64,000 nucleotides of DNA from Alistipes shahii (GTDB taxonomy: Bacteria; Bacillota_I; Bacilli_A; RFN20; CAG-826), in the NCBI GenBank assembly GCA_963598795.1, contig CAVBUY010000005.1, positions 4,298-68,297 of the forward strand. The letters are read 5' to 3'. Below are positions 33,660 through 43,597 of the stretch, in pieces. A program made the translations under genes and the position numbers. The stretch's first letter is position 1, and every line of letters begins with the position of its first letter. The notes beneath the pieces were generated by a model. It was not told the DNA's origin and did no database searches. It saw only the letters and a list, made by a program, of their open reading frames with translations.

Positions 33660-34088
33660 AAACCTATGCTCCGCTTTTCCAACTTTTTTCTAACTATTTT
33701 TTACGCTTTTCCAAAAAAGCAATAGAATCGAGGAACAGCCATGGAGAAACGATAAAAAAGTTTGTGTTTTATGCTCATATATATCATAAAGAGCGGCACA
33801 ATGTATGCCATTAAGCGAAGAATGGGGAACAATTAATAATGATTCCGAAAGAAAAGTCCTATTGAAATCAATGCAAGAATATTACATATGCAGCATACAA
33901 AAATATAAAATTGGAAGCAAACAGTGAGAGTAGGTATAAGCGGGGATTCATATAATTTTCATGAAGAAACGGTTATCGACCCCTTCCCGCAAAGTTGGAG
34001 AACCACCTTATCCTGCGATGAATATATTTTGCCAATTTCTAGCCATTGGCTCTTGGGGTACCAAAATCAAAACTTTAGATTGCACCAT

Positions 34089-34121
34089 CAAAAAAGGATT
34101 GGCGACGTAGGCGTCAATCCT
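34089..34121 (-). terminator. Rho-independent terminator after tRNA-Pro
   Basis: On the minus strand: AGGATTGACG ... CGTC(GCC)AATCCT hairpin with a 3-nt bulge, followed by TTTTTTG. Confidence 0.5.
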
Positions 34122-34133
34122 ATTTGTGAAATA

Positions 34134-34209
34134 TGGTCGGAACGACGAGAATCGAACTCGTGACCTCCTGGTCCCGAACCAGGCGCACTACCGACTGTGC
34201 TACGTCCCG
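34134..34209 (-). tRNA. tRNA-Pro (anticodon CGG)
   Basis: 76 nt. Acceptor CGGGACG/CGTTCCG, anticodon arm CCTGG-TTCGGGA-CCAGG, T-loop GTTCGATTC, encoded CCA. Confidence 0.9.
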
Positions 34210-34243
34210 ATGCGATGTTATCGCACGGGTAAATATACCACCA

Positions 34244-37200
34244 CTAAGATAAGAAATCAAAGAGAGACAATTGGTCGCTTTCGCCCATTCCTCCCAAGGC
34301 TCCCGCTTCTTCTAAATCAGCTATGTTCGTTTCCGAGAGAGAGGTTCTCTTATGCAAATCTTCCTTGGATGTGAATTCTCCGTCTTTTCTGGCGTTTATG
34401 ACCGATTGGGCCGCACTCAATCCCAGTCCGTCTATGACCACGAAAGGAGGATACAAAGCTTGGTTTTCCTCATCCACCGCAAAATCGTGGGCGTCGGATT
34501 TATATAGGTCGATTTTATGGAACGTGAAGCCGCGATCCAAGAATTCCGCGCACAGTTTCAAGCCTTTCAGGATTTCTTTTTCCTTCTCCGAAAGTTTGTC
34601 TGTCCTGCTATTTGATCTAGATTCCAATGAATTGGTTCTTTCGACAACGGCATCCAATCCTTCGTTCATGACTTTGATGTCAAACCTCTCGACGTGATCA
34701 GAAAAGTAGACCCCATAATAATGAAGTGGTTTGTAAAGCTTATACCAGGCATTTCTGACCGCGTTTATGACATAAGCCGTAGCGTGGCCGCGGGGGAATA
34801 GATATTGGATTCTCCTGCAGGATTCCAAATACCATTCGGGAACCCCGTGTTCTCTTAACATAGGTATCTTCTCTTCAATCTTGTCCCTATTAACATGCCC
34901 TTTGTTCTTTCTGACGGTTTCCATGAATTTGAAAGATTCGAGCTTATCGCATCCCATTTGGATCAAATAACGCATGATATCGTCACGGCAGCCAATAACG
35001 GACGTAATGTCGGCCTTCCCTTGCTTTATTAATTCTTCGGCGTTATAAGCCCATACGTCAGTCCCGTGGGATAGACCGGAAATGGCCAATAAGTCATTGA
35101 AGGTCCTAGGCTTAGCTTCCACCAGCAAGCCTTGAACAAAAGAGGTACCGAATTCCGGAATACCCATGGTCCCGGTTTGGAATTTTAACGGATTGGTTTT
35201 CAATCCCAAAGCCTTCGGCGAATAGAATAAAGAAATGACCTTTTTGTCATTCATAGGAATATCTTTAAAAGGAACGCCGGAACTCAACGCCATCTTCCTT
35301 AAAATCATCGGTTCCAATTGGCCCAAAAGATCCAATTTCAAAACCTCGTCATGCATGGAATTGAAGTCGAAATGGGTCGTTAACCAGTCGGATCCTATAT
35401 CTTCCGCCGGATATTGATACGGGGTGAAATCGAAAACAGACATGTCTTTCGGAATAACGACGATTCCGCCAGGATGCTGTCCGGTAGTTCTTTTTACGCC
35501 CTTGCACATATCGGCGATCATCGCTACTTTGGCCGAAGGAATGGTATTCGGATCTGTTCCGCTTCTTTCGAAATAGCCTCTCACGTAACCAAAGGCGTTT
35601 TTATCAGCTACGGTTTGTATGGTACCAGCCCTAAAGCAATTCTCCCTGCCAAGCAGTTCCCTGGTGTAGTCGTGGGCGGCAGATTGATAGTCTGGAGGGA
35701 AGTTCAAATCTATATCCGGAGTTTTGTCCGCGTTAAAGCCCAAGAATGTTTCAAATGGGATGTTTTGGCCATTCCCGTGCATCAAAGTTCCGCAAACCGG
35801 GCATTTCTTATCGTCTAAATCAAAACCCGAAAGTATCTTTGGATCGGTGTTCCATTCGAAATGTTTGCAATTGGGGCAAAGATAATGGGGTTCCAAAGGA
35901 TTGACTTCGGTAATGTCGGCCATGGTGGCCACGAACGAAGAGCCGACCGATCCACGTGAACCGACGAAATATCCGTCGGATTCCGCCTTATTTATGATTT
36001 TGTGGGCAATGTAATAAATGACCGAATAGCCACCGTTGACGATACCGTTCAATTCCTTGTCCAAACGTTCCTTGATCTTCGGATCCGGGTTTTTACCGTA
36101 ATATTTTTCCAAGTTCGAATAGCAAAGTTCCCTCAGCAATTTATCAGACCCAGGCAAATTGGCGTCCGGGGTGAAAGTACCGCTTTTAATTGGCTTAACC
36201 ACCTCTATTTGATCGGCGACCCAATTTGAGTTGGTGACGACGAATTCCTTGGCCCTTTCTTCCGGAAGCCAAGCCCTAAAGGAATCTAACATTTCTTTGG
36301 TTGAACGGAAATGCTGATCGGGGTTTTCGAATGCCGGAAGCTTTTCTCTAAAAGCCGGATTCAAAGGATGGCGTCCACCGCCCACGGCTTTCGTACCGAT
36401 GAAAACGTCGCGAGCTATTTTATCTTCCGGGTTTACGTAATGGCAGTCTCCCGTGGCGACGATTTTCACTTTCATCTCGTCCGCGGCTTTAATGATCAAA
36501 TCCAACATTTGACGGAGACGAACTTCCGTCACGTCCCCGACGTTAATTAGATAGGAATAATTTTCCCAAGGCTGAATCTCGACATAATCGTAATAGGAAA
36601 TGACTTCTTTTAGCTTTTCATAGCCGGAATACATGGCTGTGTCGAAAACCTCGCCATTCCAACAAGCCGAGCCCAAAAGGAGATGCTCTCTATATTTTGC
36701 TATTACGTGCTTGGGGATTTTCGGAACGTCCGCCAAATATTCGGTGTTGGAGAGAGAAACCAAGCGATATAAGTCCTTTAATCCCTGCTCGTCTTTGGCC
36801 AAAACGACAACGTGATGCGGGCGGATGTTTTTAAAGAAAGACGAAACCGTCATCTTGATTTTCATCTTCAGCTCGTCCCCGCTTAGAGATGGGAAGTTAT
36901 TTTCGGTAAACCTCAAATCCATCAAATCCTTATGTTTTAAAGTCTGATAGGGATCCAAGCGACTCAAAATCGAAGACCAGGCCTCTGATAAGGCTTCGGC
37001 GTCGAAATCAGCGCGGTGAGCCTCGTCTTCGTTATAAGTGTCCAAGCCCAAAGCGGAGGATAAGGCCCCCAAATTGTGGTATCTGCGTTCTGGGAAGAGA
37101 TAATGGGACAAAGCCAAAGTGTCGATTACCGGGTTTTTTAGTTCTTCCTTGCCCATCCTCAATCTCGCTTCGTTGATGAATGAGAAATCGAATGAGGCGT

Positions 37201-38590
37201 TATGGGTAACCAAGATATTATCGCCCATGAACTTTTCTATTTTGTCCATGACGTCTTCTATTTTGGGGCAATCCTTTACCATTTCGTCGGTAATATGGGT
37301 CTTGGCTTGGATTTTCTCCGGTATAGGCATCTCAGGGTTTATTAAGATGTCAAGCCTATCGACTATGATGCCGTTTTGCATTATCACCCCGCCAAATTCG
37401 GTTATGCGATCGAAAACGGCGGAAAGTCCAGTGGTTTCTAAGTCGAAGATGCAATATCTGGCGTCGCTAAGCAGCCTTTCCGATGGGTTGAAAACATATT
37501 TTTGCCTAGGCTCGAACATATAGAATTCGCAGCCGTAGATCGGCTTCAAATCGTTTTTGGCCGCATTGTTTTGAAGTTCAGGGAAGGCTTGGATGTTGCC
37601 GTGGTCCGTCAAGGCGATGGCTTTCATCCCCATCGATTTGGCGACTTTGCAATAGTCTTCCACTTCGCCTAAGCCATCCATTGCCGACATTTTGGAATGA
37701 AGATGGAGTTCGACGCGCTTTTCTTCTTCGCTGTCTTTTCGTAGCTCTTTCGGAGGGAGTTTATCTATATAATCCACGGACAAAGTTCTTTCGCCGGAAT
37801 ATTTGTCGAAGAACATGTTGCCTCTGACATTTACGCGCATGCCGTTTTTAAGATCCAATAACGTGTTTCTATCCAAGGTCGAATCATTTTGCAAAGCCGA
37901 GCAATTTATAGCGCCAATCCCGTCACCTATGCCGAAATTGACCCTTACTTTTCCTCCTTTGCCGGTCTTGGAATCCAAATTGAAAATATTTCCGTCGATA
38001 GAAATATTTTGAGGTCCCAAAGAGAAGGCCTCTTCGATGCAATCCAATTTCATGTAATTGCCTTTGAGGCTATATTTTTCTATTCTTTTGGCTTTCAAAA
38101 ATTCTTCTTGAACCCTTTTGGCTTCTTCTTTTCTTAATAAAGTGTCTTCGTCCATTAATTCTTTTAAGACGACTTTATATGGATAGCAGAGGAATTCGAA
38201 CAGCTCGTTAAGCACGTCCCTTACGTCTTTAAGAATTTCCAAATCCGATTCGTTTTGGTAAGTAATGGTCAAAACGTTGTCTAAGGCGTGCCCTTCCACA
38301 ATAAAAAAGGCATAGCCTTGGCTAGTTAAATAATCCGAAAAGAACCTTTCAACCGATTCGTCGCTTATATTTTCATATTCAAAGCTCAAACTATACGGAT
38401 ATTCGATTTTTCCTACGCCGGAAAGGAATTCGTCAAATAAAAAATAATCCCAACCGGTTTCTTTTTTAATGACCATTTTAAAGACCGACTGATCGTTTGG
38501 ATCGAGTTTGGCATAAGAAAAATCCATGTCGAAATCGCCGGTATTTTCTATGCCGATCGAATTTAGGAACCTAATCATTTTCACGCTCAT
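34244..38590 (-). CDS. polC: DNA polymerase III alpha subunit, PolC type
   Basis: 1448 aa. The PHP domain is split by a DEDD 3'-5' exonuclease (FDLETTGL, HNASFDFSF, HRADFDAEA). A Zn-finger (CPNCKHFEW...CPVCG) and the C-terminal polymerase core are present. Confidence 0.97.
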   Translation of the reverse strand: MSVKMIRFLNSIGIENTGDFDMDFSYAKLDPNDQSVFKMVIKKETGWDYFLFDEFLSGVGKIEYPYSLSFEYENISDESVERFFSDYLTSQGYAFFIVEGHALDNVLTITYQNESDLEILKDVRDVLNELFEFLCYPYKVVLKELMDEDTLLRKEEAKRVQEEFLKAKRIEKYSLKGNYMKLDCIEEAFSLGPQNISIDGNIFNLDSKTGKGGKVRVNFGIGDGIGAINCSALQNDSTLDRNTLLDLKNGMRVNVRGNMFFDKYSGERTLSVDYIDKLPPKELRKDSEEEKRVELHLHSKMSAMDGLGEVEDYCKVAKSMGMKAIALTDHGNIQAFPELQNNAAKNDLKPIYGCEFYMFEPRQKYVFNPSERLLSDARYCIFDLETTGLSAVFDRITEFGGVIMQNGIIVDRLDILINPEMPIPEKIQAKTHITDEMVKDCPKIEDVMDKIEKFMGDNILVTHNASFDFSFINEARLRMGKEELKNPVIDTLALSHYLFPERRYHNLGALSSALGLDTYNEDEAHRADFDAEALSEAWSSILSRLDPYQTLKHKDLMDLRFTENNFPSLSGDELKMKIKMTVSSFFKNIRPHHVVVLAKDEQGLKDLYRLVSLSNTEYLADVPKIPKHVIAKYREHLLLGSACWNGEVFDTAMYSGYEKLKEVISYYDYVEIQPWENYSYLINVGDVTEVRLRQMLDLIIKAADEMKVKIVATGDCHYVNPEDKIARDVFIGTKAVGGGRHPLNPAFREKLPAFENPDQHFRSTKEMLDSFRAWLPEERAKEFVVTNSNWVADQIEVVKPIKSGTFTPDANLPGSDKLLRELCYSNLEKYYGKNPDPKIKERLDKELNGIVNGGYSVIYYIAHKIINKAESDGYFVGSRGSVGSSFVATMADITEVNPLEPHYLCPNCKHFEWNTDPKILSGFDLDDKKCPVCGTLMHGNGQNIPFETFLGFNADKTPDIDLNFPPDYQSAAHDYTRELLGRENCFRAGTIQTVADKNAFGYVRGYFERSGTDPNTIPSAKVAMIADMCKGVKRTTGQHPGGIVVIPKDMSVFDFTPYQYPAEDIGSDWLTTHFDFNSMHDEVLKLDLLGQLEPMILRKMALSSGVPFKDIPMNDKKVISLFYSPKALGLKTNPLKFQTGTMGIPEFGTSFVQGLLVEAKPRTFNDLLAISGLSHGTDVWAYNAEELIKQGKADITSVIGCRDDIMRYLIQMGCDKLESFKFMETVRKNKGHVNRDKIEEKIPMLREHGVPEWYLESCRRIQYLFPRGHATAYVINAVRNAWYKLYKPLHYYGVYFSDHVERFDIKVMNEGLDAVVERTNSLESRSNSRTDKLSEKEKEILKGLKLCAEFLDRGFTFHKIDLYKSDAHDFAVDEENQALYPPFVVIDGLGLSAAQSVINARKDGEFTSKEDLHKRTSLSETNIADLEEAGALGGMGESDQLSLFDFLS

Positions 38591-40029
38591 ACCAGTCTTA
38601 TTATGTCCTTGATCATTATAAATACCGCAAAGACCATCAATAAGCCTATGCCGATCATCGAAATGGTTTGCTTAACCTTTGGCGGAATCTTCTTTTTGGA
38701 GACTTTTTCCACTATCGCCACCACTATCTGCCATCCATCCAATCCGGGGAATGGCAAAAGATTCAAAATGGCCAAATTAAGGGATATGAGCCCTCCATAG
38801 AAGAAGAAGGTCCTTCCTGCTCCCATATAGCTTGTGAGAGAAGATATCGAAGCACCCATTGCCACCACTCCGCCGATGTTGTCGAAATTAAAGCTGAACA
38901 ATTGTTTTAAGGCATTGCCGATCATCGGAAAGAAGGAAACCCATTCTTCGCATCCGTATTTCAATCTTTCGCCATAAGTTGATTGAACGATTTCAGGCGT
39001 TAATTTGATCAACGAGAAATCCCATCCGCTTTCGCCATAAACCGAAGTTACGGTATGGCTCACTCTCACATATTTTTCATTTTCTTCGTCATATTCGATG
39101 GAAGTAACATTCAAGGATAAAGAATCCCCATTTAAAAGTTTTAGGCTGTCCGCCTCCATATTTGGCATTTTCGTAATGCCCAAGGTATTGAAATTCGAAT
39201 CGGATATCAACGTTTCGGTATTAGAAAAGAAGGTCAGACAAGAAAGCAAATCATTTTCTTTGGTCTCGGATTTTGGGTAATAAAGGGCGGTTACGTCGTA
39301 TTTTTGCCCAATTGAAGTGATAACGGCGTGGTTATCGATCAAATATCCCGCTACCGAGCCACTGCTATTTTGGGCAATCGCCGTAACGTCGACATAACCT
39401 TCTTCCCACGCTAATGATTCATCGTAGGAAGAAATGAAGCCAACCGTGTAATTTTCCCCTTCACTAGTAGAAAAGAGGCTCACCTTCCCATAATCGTTGG
39501 TGATTATTCCCGTGGTTTCCTTGCTGAACGTTATCCCTTCGCTTTTGAATCTATATCCGCTCATATATTGAGGGTAAGCGGTAGCGTAAATTAGGCAGAA
39601 AACGAAGGACAATATGAAGTTGACCGTCACTCCGGCCAACATGATGATTATTCTTTGATAAAGCGGCTTTCTTTCAAGAGAACGATCCAAGGGAATGACA
39701 TTCCCATCGGCGTCTTTCATCTCATTGGGGCCTATTTCTTCCGAAGAAACGTATTCCTCGCCGTTTTTCTTGGCTTCTTTTTCTTGGGAGTCGGCGGAAT
39801 ACATCGAAACGTATCCACCCAAAGGAATGGCCCTCAACGAGAAAGTGGTCTCGCCTTTCTTTCTCTTTTTGGAGAATATCTTCGGGCCGAAACCGATGGA
39901 AAATTCCCCACAATAAACGCCAAAGATCTTAGCAAACAGAAAATGCCCCGCTTCATGGGCGGAAACCAATATCCCCAATATGGCTATCAAGAGAACAATG
40001 GTCAAAATTATGTTCAACGCCTGACTCAT
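38587..40029 (-). CDS. rseP: RIP site-2 metalloprotease RseP/RasP (M50 family)
   Basis: 480 aa. HEAGHFLFAK in TM1, AIPLGGYV, and the C-terminal NLLPFPGLDGW motif. It has 4-nt overlaps with dxr and polC. Confidence 0.85.
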   Translation of the reverse strand: MSQALNIILTIVLLIAILGILVSAHEAGHFLFAKIFGVYCGEFSIGFGPKIFSKKRKKGETTFSLRAIPLGGYVSMYSADSQEKEAKKNGEEYVSSEEIGPNEMKDADGNVIPLDRSLERKPLYQRIIIMLAGVTVNFILSFVFCLIYATAYPQYMSGYRFKSEGITFSKETTGIITNDYGKVSLFSTSEGENYTVGFISSYDESLAWEEGYVDVTAIAQNSSGSVAGYLIDNHAVITSIGQKYDVTALYYPKSETKENDLLSCLTFFSNTETLISDSNFNTLGITKMPNMEADSLKLLNGDSLSLNVTSIEYDEENEKYVRVSHTVTSVYGESGWDFSLIKLTPEIVQSTYGERLKYGCEEWVSFFPMIGNALKQLFSFNFDNIGGVVAMGASISSLTSYMGAGRTFFFYGGLISLNLAILNLLPFPGLDGWQIVVAIVEKVSKKKIPPKVKQTISMIGIGLLMVFAVFIMIKDIIRLV

Positions 40030-41171
40030 TTTGCCTCCTTTTCTCTTTTAACCCATTTTCGGGCTTTTAAATCCTCTTCTTTCAAATCTTTGAAAGATGG
40101 GTCAATTATATTGGAGATGCTATCCAATGCCAATTCGCAGAAATATACGATGTCCAAATAATTGGCTTTACCTTCCAAAAAGAGCTTAACTATCTCTTCA
40201 TCGACTGCATTAAGGATAGTCGGTGCCGCACCGCCCATCTTATAGGCTTTCTTGCATAAATTGATGGACGGAAACCTTTTTGAGGAGAACTCCGCGAAAG
40301 TATAGGGGAGTTCTTCCAACGAATTAACTTTTATAACATCCGAATAAGAAACGTTTCCCTCTTTTAAAGCGTATTCTATGGGTCCTCTCATATCCGGTTT
40401 TCCCACTTGAAGAATATATGTCCCGTCTTTCATCAAAAGACCCGAATGAACATAAGATTCGGGGTGCACGATAACTTTGATATCGTCTAAAGGAAAATCA
40501 AAAAGTTCAGAGGCTTCAATCACTTCAAAACCTTTGTTCATCAAGGTCGAGGAATCGATGGTGATTTTTTCTCCCATCTTCCACGACGGGTGCTTTAAGG
40601 CGTCTTCTTTGCTAACTAAGGAAAAGTCCACGTCCTTGAAATAGAAAGGGCCACCGGAAGCGGTCAATATGACTTTGTCTACCTCGCCTTTGGCCTCATG
40701 GAGGCATTTTTTGATAGCGACGTGTTCCGAATCTATGGGCCAAAGGCTGCCATTATGTTCCTTTAAAGCCTTCTTAATCAAAAAACCGCCACAAAATAAA
40801 GACTCTTTATTAGCCAAACACAACGTTTTTCCCATTTCCAAAGTATGCAAGCTTGGGGATAGCCCAACGAATCCGAGCAAGGCGTTAACGACCATGTCGC
40901 ATCCGCTATCGTCAATTAGCCTTATTAAATCATCTTCGGAAACATACCAATTGATTTTCGGGTATTTATTTTTGAAATAGGCATAATCCGCTTCGTTTTT
41001 GACCCATATGTATTTACATTCTGGAAAGGAGGAAATTATATCCTTCAAGGAATTGACGCGATTTCCGATACTTATTCCAACCAAAGAAAAAGATTCTCTA
41101 TTGTTTTTTATAACGTCTATCGTCTGACTTCCGATTGATCCAGAAGCCCCCAAAATGAGGACTTTTTTCAT
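40026..41171 (-). CDS. dxr: 1-deoxy-D-xylulose 5-phosphate reductoisomerase
   Basis: Starts MKKVLILGASGSIGSQT (NADPH loop) and contains LANKESL and PIDSEH. The start is placed at ATG 41171, which overlaps the cdsA stop (TAATG). The ORF-track N-terminal extension is not supported. Confidence 0.9.
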   Translation of the reverse strand: MKKVLILGASGSIGSQTIDVIKNNRESFSLVGISIGNRVNSLKDIISSFPECKYIWVKNEADYAYFKNKYPKINWYVSEDDLIRLIDDSGCDMVVNALLGFVGLSPSLHTLEMGKTLCLANKESLFCGGFLIKKALKEHNGSLWPIDSEHVAIKKCLHEAKGEVDKVILTASGGPFYFKDVDFSLVSKEDALKHPSWKMGEKITIDSSTLMNKGFEVIEASELFDFPLDDIKVIVHPESYVHSGLLMKDGTYILQVGKPDMRGPIEYALKEGNVSYSDVIKVNSLEELPYTFAEFSSKRFPSINLCKKAYKMGGAAPTILNAVDEEIVKLFLEGKANYLDIVYFCELALDSISNIIDPSFKDLKEEDLKARKWVKREKEAK

Positions 41172-42208
41172 TATAAAATCCATCCTTGGACGAAGAAGGA
41201 AATAATAATCGCAGTCCCCAAGCAAGCCAAAATAGGAGAATCGAATCTATCCAAAATTCCACCATGGCCAGGCAATAATTTGGAATAGTCCTTTATGCCT
41301 TGTCCGCGTTTGATGAGCGAGAAAGCCAAATCTCCCAAAGTGCCAATCAATGGCATCAATATTCCAAGGATCAAAATTCTCCACCAATGGGTTATGTCTA
41401 GCTCTGGCAAAATCGGATAACCCAATCCCGATAACAAGAACATCAAGCCGATGAAGAAGAACGAGCCCATAGCCCAGCCGATGAAAAATCCTTCCCAAGT
41501 CTTTTTTGGTGAGACTCTCGGATTCATTTTGTGTTTTCCAAATAACATTCCGCCGAAATAAGCGAATACGTCAGTCAGAGAAACGATGGCGAAAACTATG
41601 AACAACAATCCCGCCGACCAAAGCCATTTAAATCCAAATGACCCCATCATTTCGTTGGACAAAATCGAAGAGAAAGCCTCAAATGGATAGAAACGGCAAA
41701 TGAGCATCGATTGCAAACCCAAAGAAACGAAGAATACGAAGGCAAACAGATATGCCACATCCTTCCAATCGAAATTTTCATCCAATATAGCGGTTAAAAA
41801 ATAAAGGATTATAACCGAACCTATCAAGGTTATGGGAACGTTTAGCTGAATAAAGCTTTTTTCCAATAAGAAAACGAATTCAGATCCATTCGCCTTTGAT
41901 GAAATCGCATTTTGGACGTTTATGTCAACTAAAGGCCAAAAGACCATCAAATAGCCAAAGAAATAGGTTAATATCCAAATCCAAACGCTCAATTTCTTGT
42001 TGCTCGATTTGATTATTTCATAAAACGCAAAACCGGCTAACAAAGCCACGAAAGCCATCATGACATATCCGCCGAATACGCAGGCCACCAAGAAAATGGC
42101 CACCAACGGAATGGCCACAAGCACCCTGGTTCTTATGCTCGTTTTTTGCTCAGAGCTTATTTCGTTGGGCACTATCTTTTTTATTTCGCGCTTGCTCTTA
42201 TCGCCCAT
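41171..42208 (-). CDS. cdsA: Phosphatidate cytidylyltransferase
   Basis: 345 aa polytopic protein with the C-terminal CTP-transferase signature SLIKRGQGIKDYSKLLPGHGGILDRFDS. Confidence 0.85.
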   Translation of the reverse strand: MGDKSKREIKKIVPNEISSEQKTSIRTRVLVAIPLVAIFLVACVFGGYVMMAFVALLAGFAFYEIIKSSNKKLSVWIWILTYFFGYLMVFWPLVDINVQNAISSKANGSEFVFLLEKSFIQLNVPITLIGSVIILYFLTAILDENFDWKDVAYLFAFVFFVSLGLQSMLICRFYPFEAFSSILSNEMMGSFGFKWLWSAGLLFIVFAIVSLTDVFAYFGGMLFGKHKMNPRVSPKKTWEGFFIGWAMGSFFFIGLMFLLSGLGYPILPELDITHWWRILILGILMPLIGTLGDLAFSLIKRGQGIKDYSKLLPGHGGILDRFDSPILACLGTAIIISFFVQGWIL

Positions 42209-42214
42209 TTTGCC

Positions 42215-42760
42215 CTAGATAGAAAGAATCTCCTCCGTTTTGGTGGCCAAAAGCTCGTCCACCTGTTTGTTAACGGCATCGACTTCCTTCTGGATGTCTT
42301 CTTGGACTCTCTTTTGGTAGTCTTCGCTCATTTCTTCGTCGCTTTTAACCAAATCCATGAAATCGCGGCGGATGTTGCGGATCGCCACTCTGGATTCCTC
42401 GGCGATCTTTTTGGCGTCCTTGGCGACGTTCTTTCTGACATCTTCCGTCATAGGAGGGAAAACCAATCTGATGGAATCGGCCTCGATTTGGGGATTGATT
42501 CCGATATTGGCCGCGGCAATGGCCGCCGCAATGGTTTTGATATCTTCCCTGGAATAAGGTTTTACCAAAAGCTGCCTAGGTTCTGGCATGGAGACTTGGC
42601 AAAGGGAATTGATATCCATTTGATCCCCATAATAATCGCAGTTTATGCCATTTAAGATGGCGGGATTAGCCCTTCCAGAACGGAGCTTTGAAAAATTATG
42701 TTTCAAAGCGTCTATGCATTTCTCGAGAGATTCTCTTGCTTCATTAACTAATGGATCCAT
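42215..42760 (-). CDS. frr: Ribosome recycling factor
   Basis: 181 aa. LRSGRANPAIL, LLVKPY and IRNIRRD are family motifs. Confidence 0.95.
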   Translation of the reverse strand: MDPLVNEARESLEKCIDALKHNFSKLRSGRANPAILNGINCDYYGDQMDINSLCQVSMPEPRQLLVKPYSREDIKTIAAAIAAANIGINPQIEADSIRLVFPPMTEDVRKNVAKDAKKIAEESRVAIRNIRRDFMDLVKSDEEMSEDYQKRVQEDIQKEVDAVNKQVDELLATKTEEILSI

Positions 42761-42764
42761 ATTT

Positions 42765-43487
42765 TTATTCCTTTCTTACGACGGTGCCAAAGTCCGCACC
42801 GCAAATAACGTCTTTCAATACTTCGGGAGAAGCCATGTTGAAGACCCTGATTTCGATATCGCTGTCTTCCAACATCGCCACGGCCGTTAAATCCATAACG
42901 CCCAATTTGCGTTCAACCACTTCTCTGAAGGTGATTTTCTTTATCAATTTGGCGTTTGGATTGACTCTCGGGTCATCGTCCAAAACTCCTTCGACTCCGT
43001 TTTTGCCCATCAATATGGCTTTGGCGCCGACTTCTTTGGCTCTTAAGGCCGCGGCCGAATCGGTCGTAAAGAACGGATTGCCGGTTCCGCCGGCGAAAAT
43101 CACTATTCTCCCTTCTTCCAAATGATGTATGGCTTTTCTCCTAAGATATGGTTCGCACACCTGAGGGACGTCAATGGAACTCATGACTCTGCATTCCATT
43201 CCGTTTTTTTCGAAGGCGGATTGCAAAGCCAAGGCATTCATGATGGTGCCGAGCATTCCCATATAATCGGCGACGGAAGGCTCGATTCCGATTTTCTCGG
43301 CCAAGCGTCCGCGCCAGATGTTCCCGGCTCCGACTACCACGCCGATTTCGACTCCTAGGTCTTTGACGTTTTTTATGGCCTTGGCGACATTGGTCAATTG
43401 GACATTGTCGAGAATGGTCGAATCAGCGCGATCGGCCAGGGATTCACCGCTGATTTTGATGATGACTCTGTTATATTTGGGTTTCAT
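42765..43487 (-). CDS. pyrH: UMP kinase
   Basis: KYNRVIIKISGE, VVGAGNIWRG and FAGGTGNPFFTTDSAAALRA. The start is placed at ATG 43487; the ORF-track start at 43505 is a TTG. The exact start is uncertain. Confidence 0.9.
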   Translation of the reverse strand: MKPKYNRVIIKISGESLADRADSTILDNVQLTNVAKAIKNVKDLGVEIGVVVGAGNIWRGRLAEKIGIEPSVADYMGMLGTIMNALALQSAFEKNGMECRVMSSIDVPQVCEPYLRRKAIHHLEEGRIVIFAGGTGNPFFTTDSAAALRAKEVGAKAILMGKNGVEGVLDDDPRVNPNAKLIKKITFREVVERKLGVMDLTAVAMLEDSDIEIRVFNMASPEVLKDVICGADFGTVVRKE

Positions 43488-43546
43488 ATCGCTATTATTA
43501 TACAAATAAAGAGCCCTAAGGGCTCATATTTTCACAAAAGTTATGC

Positions 43547-43580
43547 AAGAAAGAAAAATCCCCACCGTTAGGCAGGGATT
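43547..43580 (-). terminator. Terminator-like hairpin downstream of tsf
   Basis: On the minus strand: AATCCC-(12-nt loop)-GGGATT followed by TTTTCTTTCTT. A second hairpin, GAGCCC-TTA-GGGCTC plus TTTATTT, lies at 43501-43525. Confidence 0.45.
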
Positions 43581-43597
43581 GATTTCGAATAGAAGCC

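Noticed and set aside
41172-41225. 18-codon N-terminal extension of dxr in the ORF track
   Set aside because: Dxr families begin at the MKK-ILGSTGSIG NADPH loop. ATG 41171 overlaps the cdsA stop in a TAATG coupling, and the extension would lie inside cdsA.
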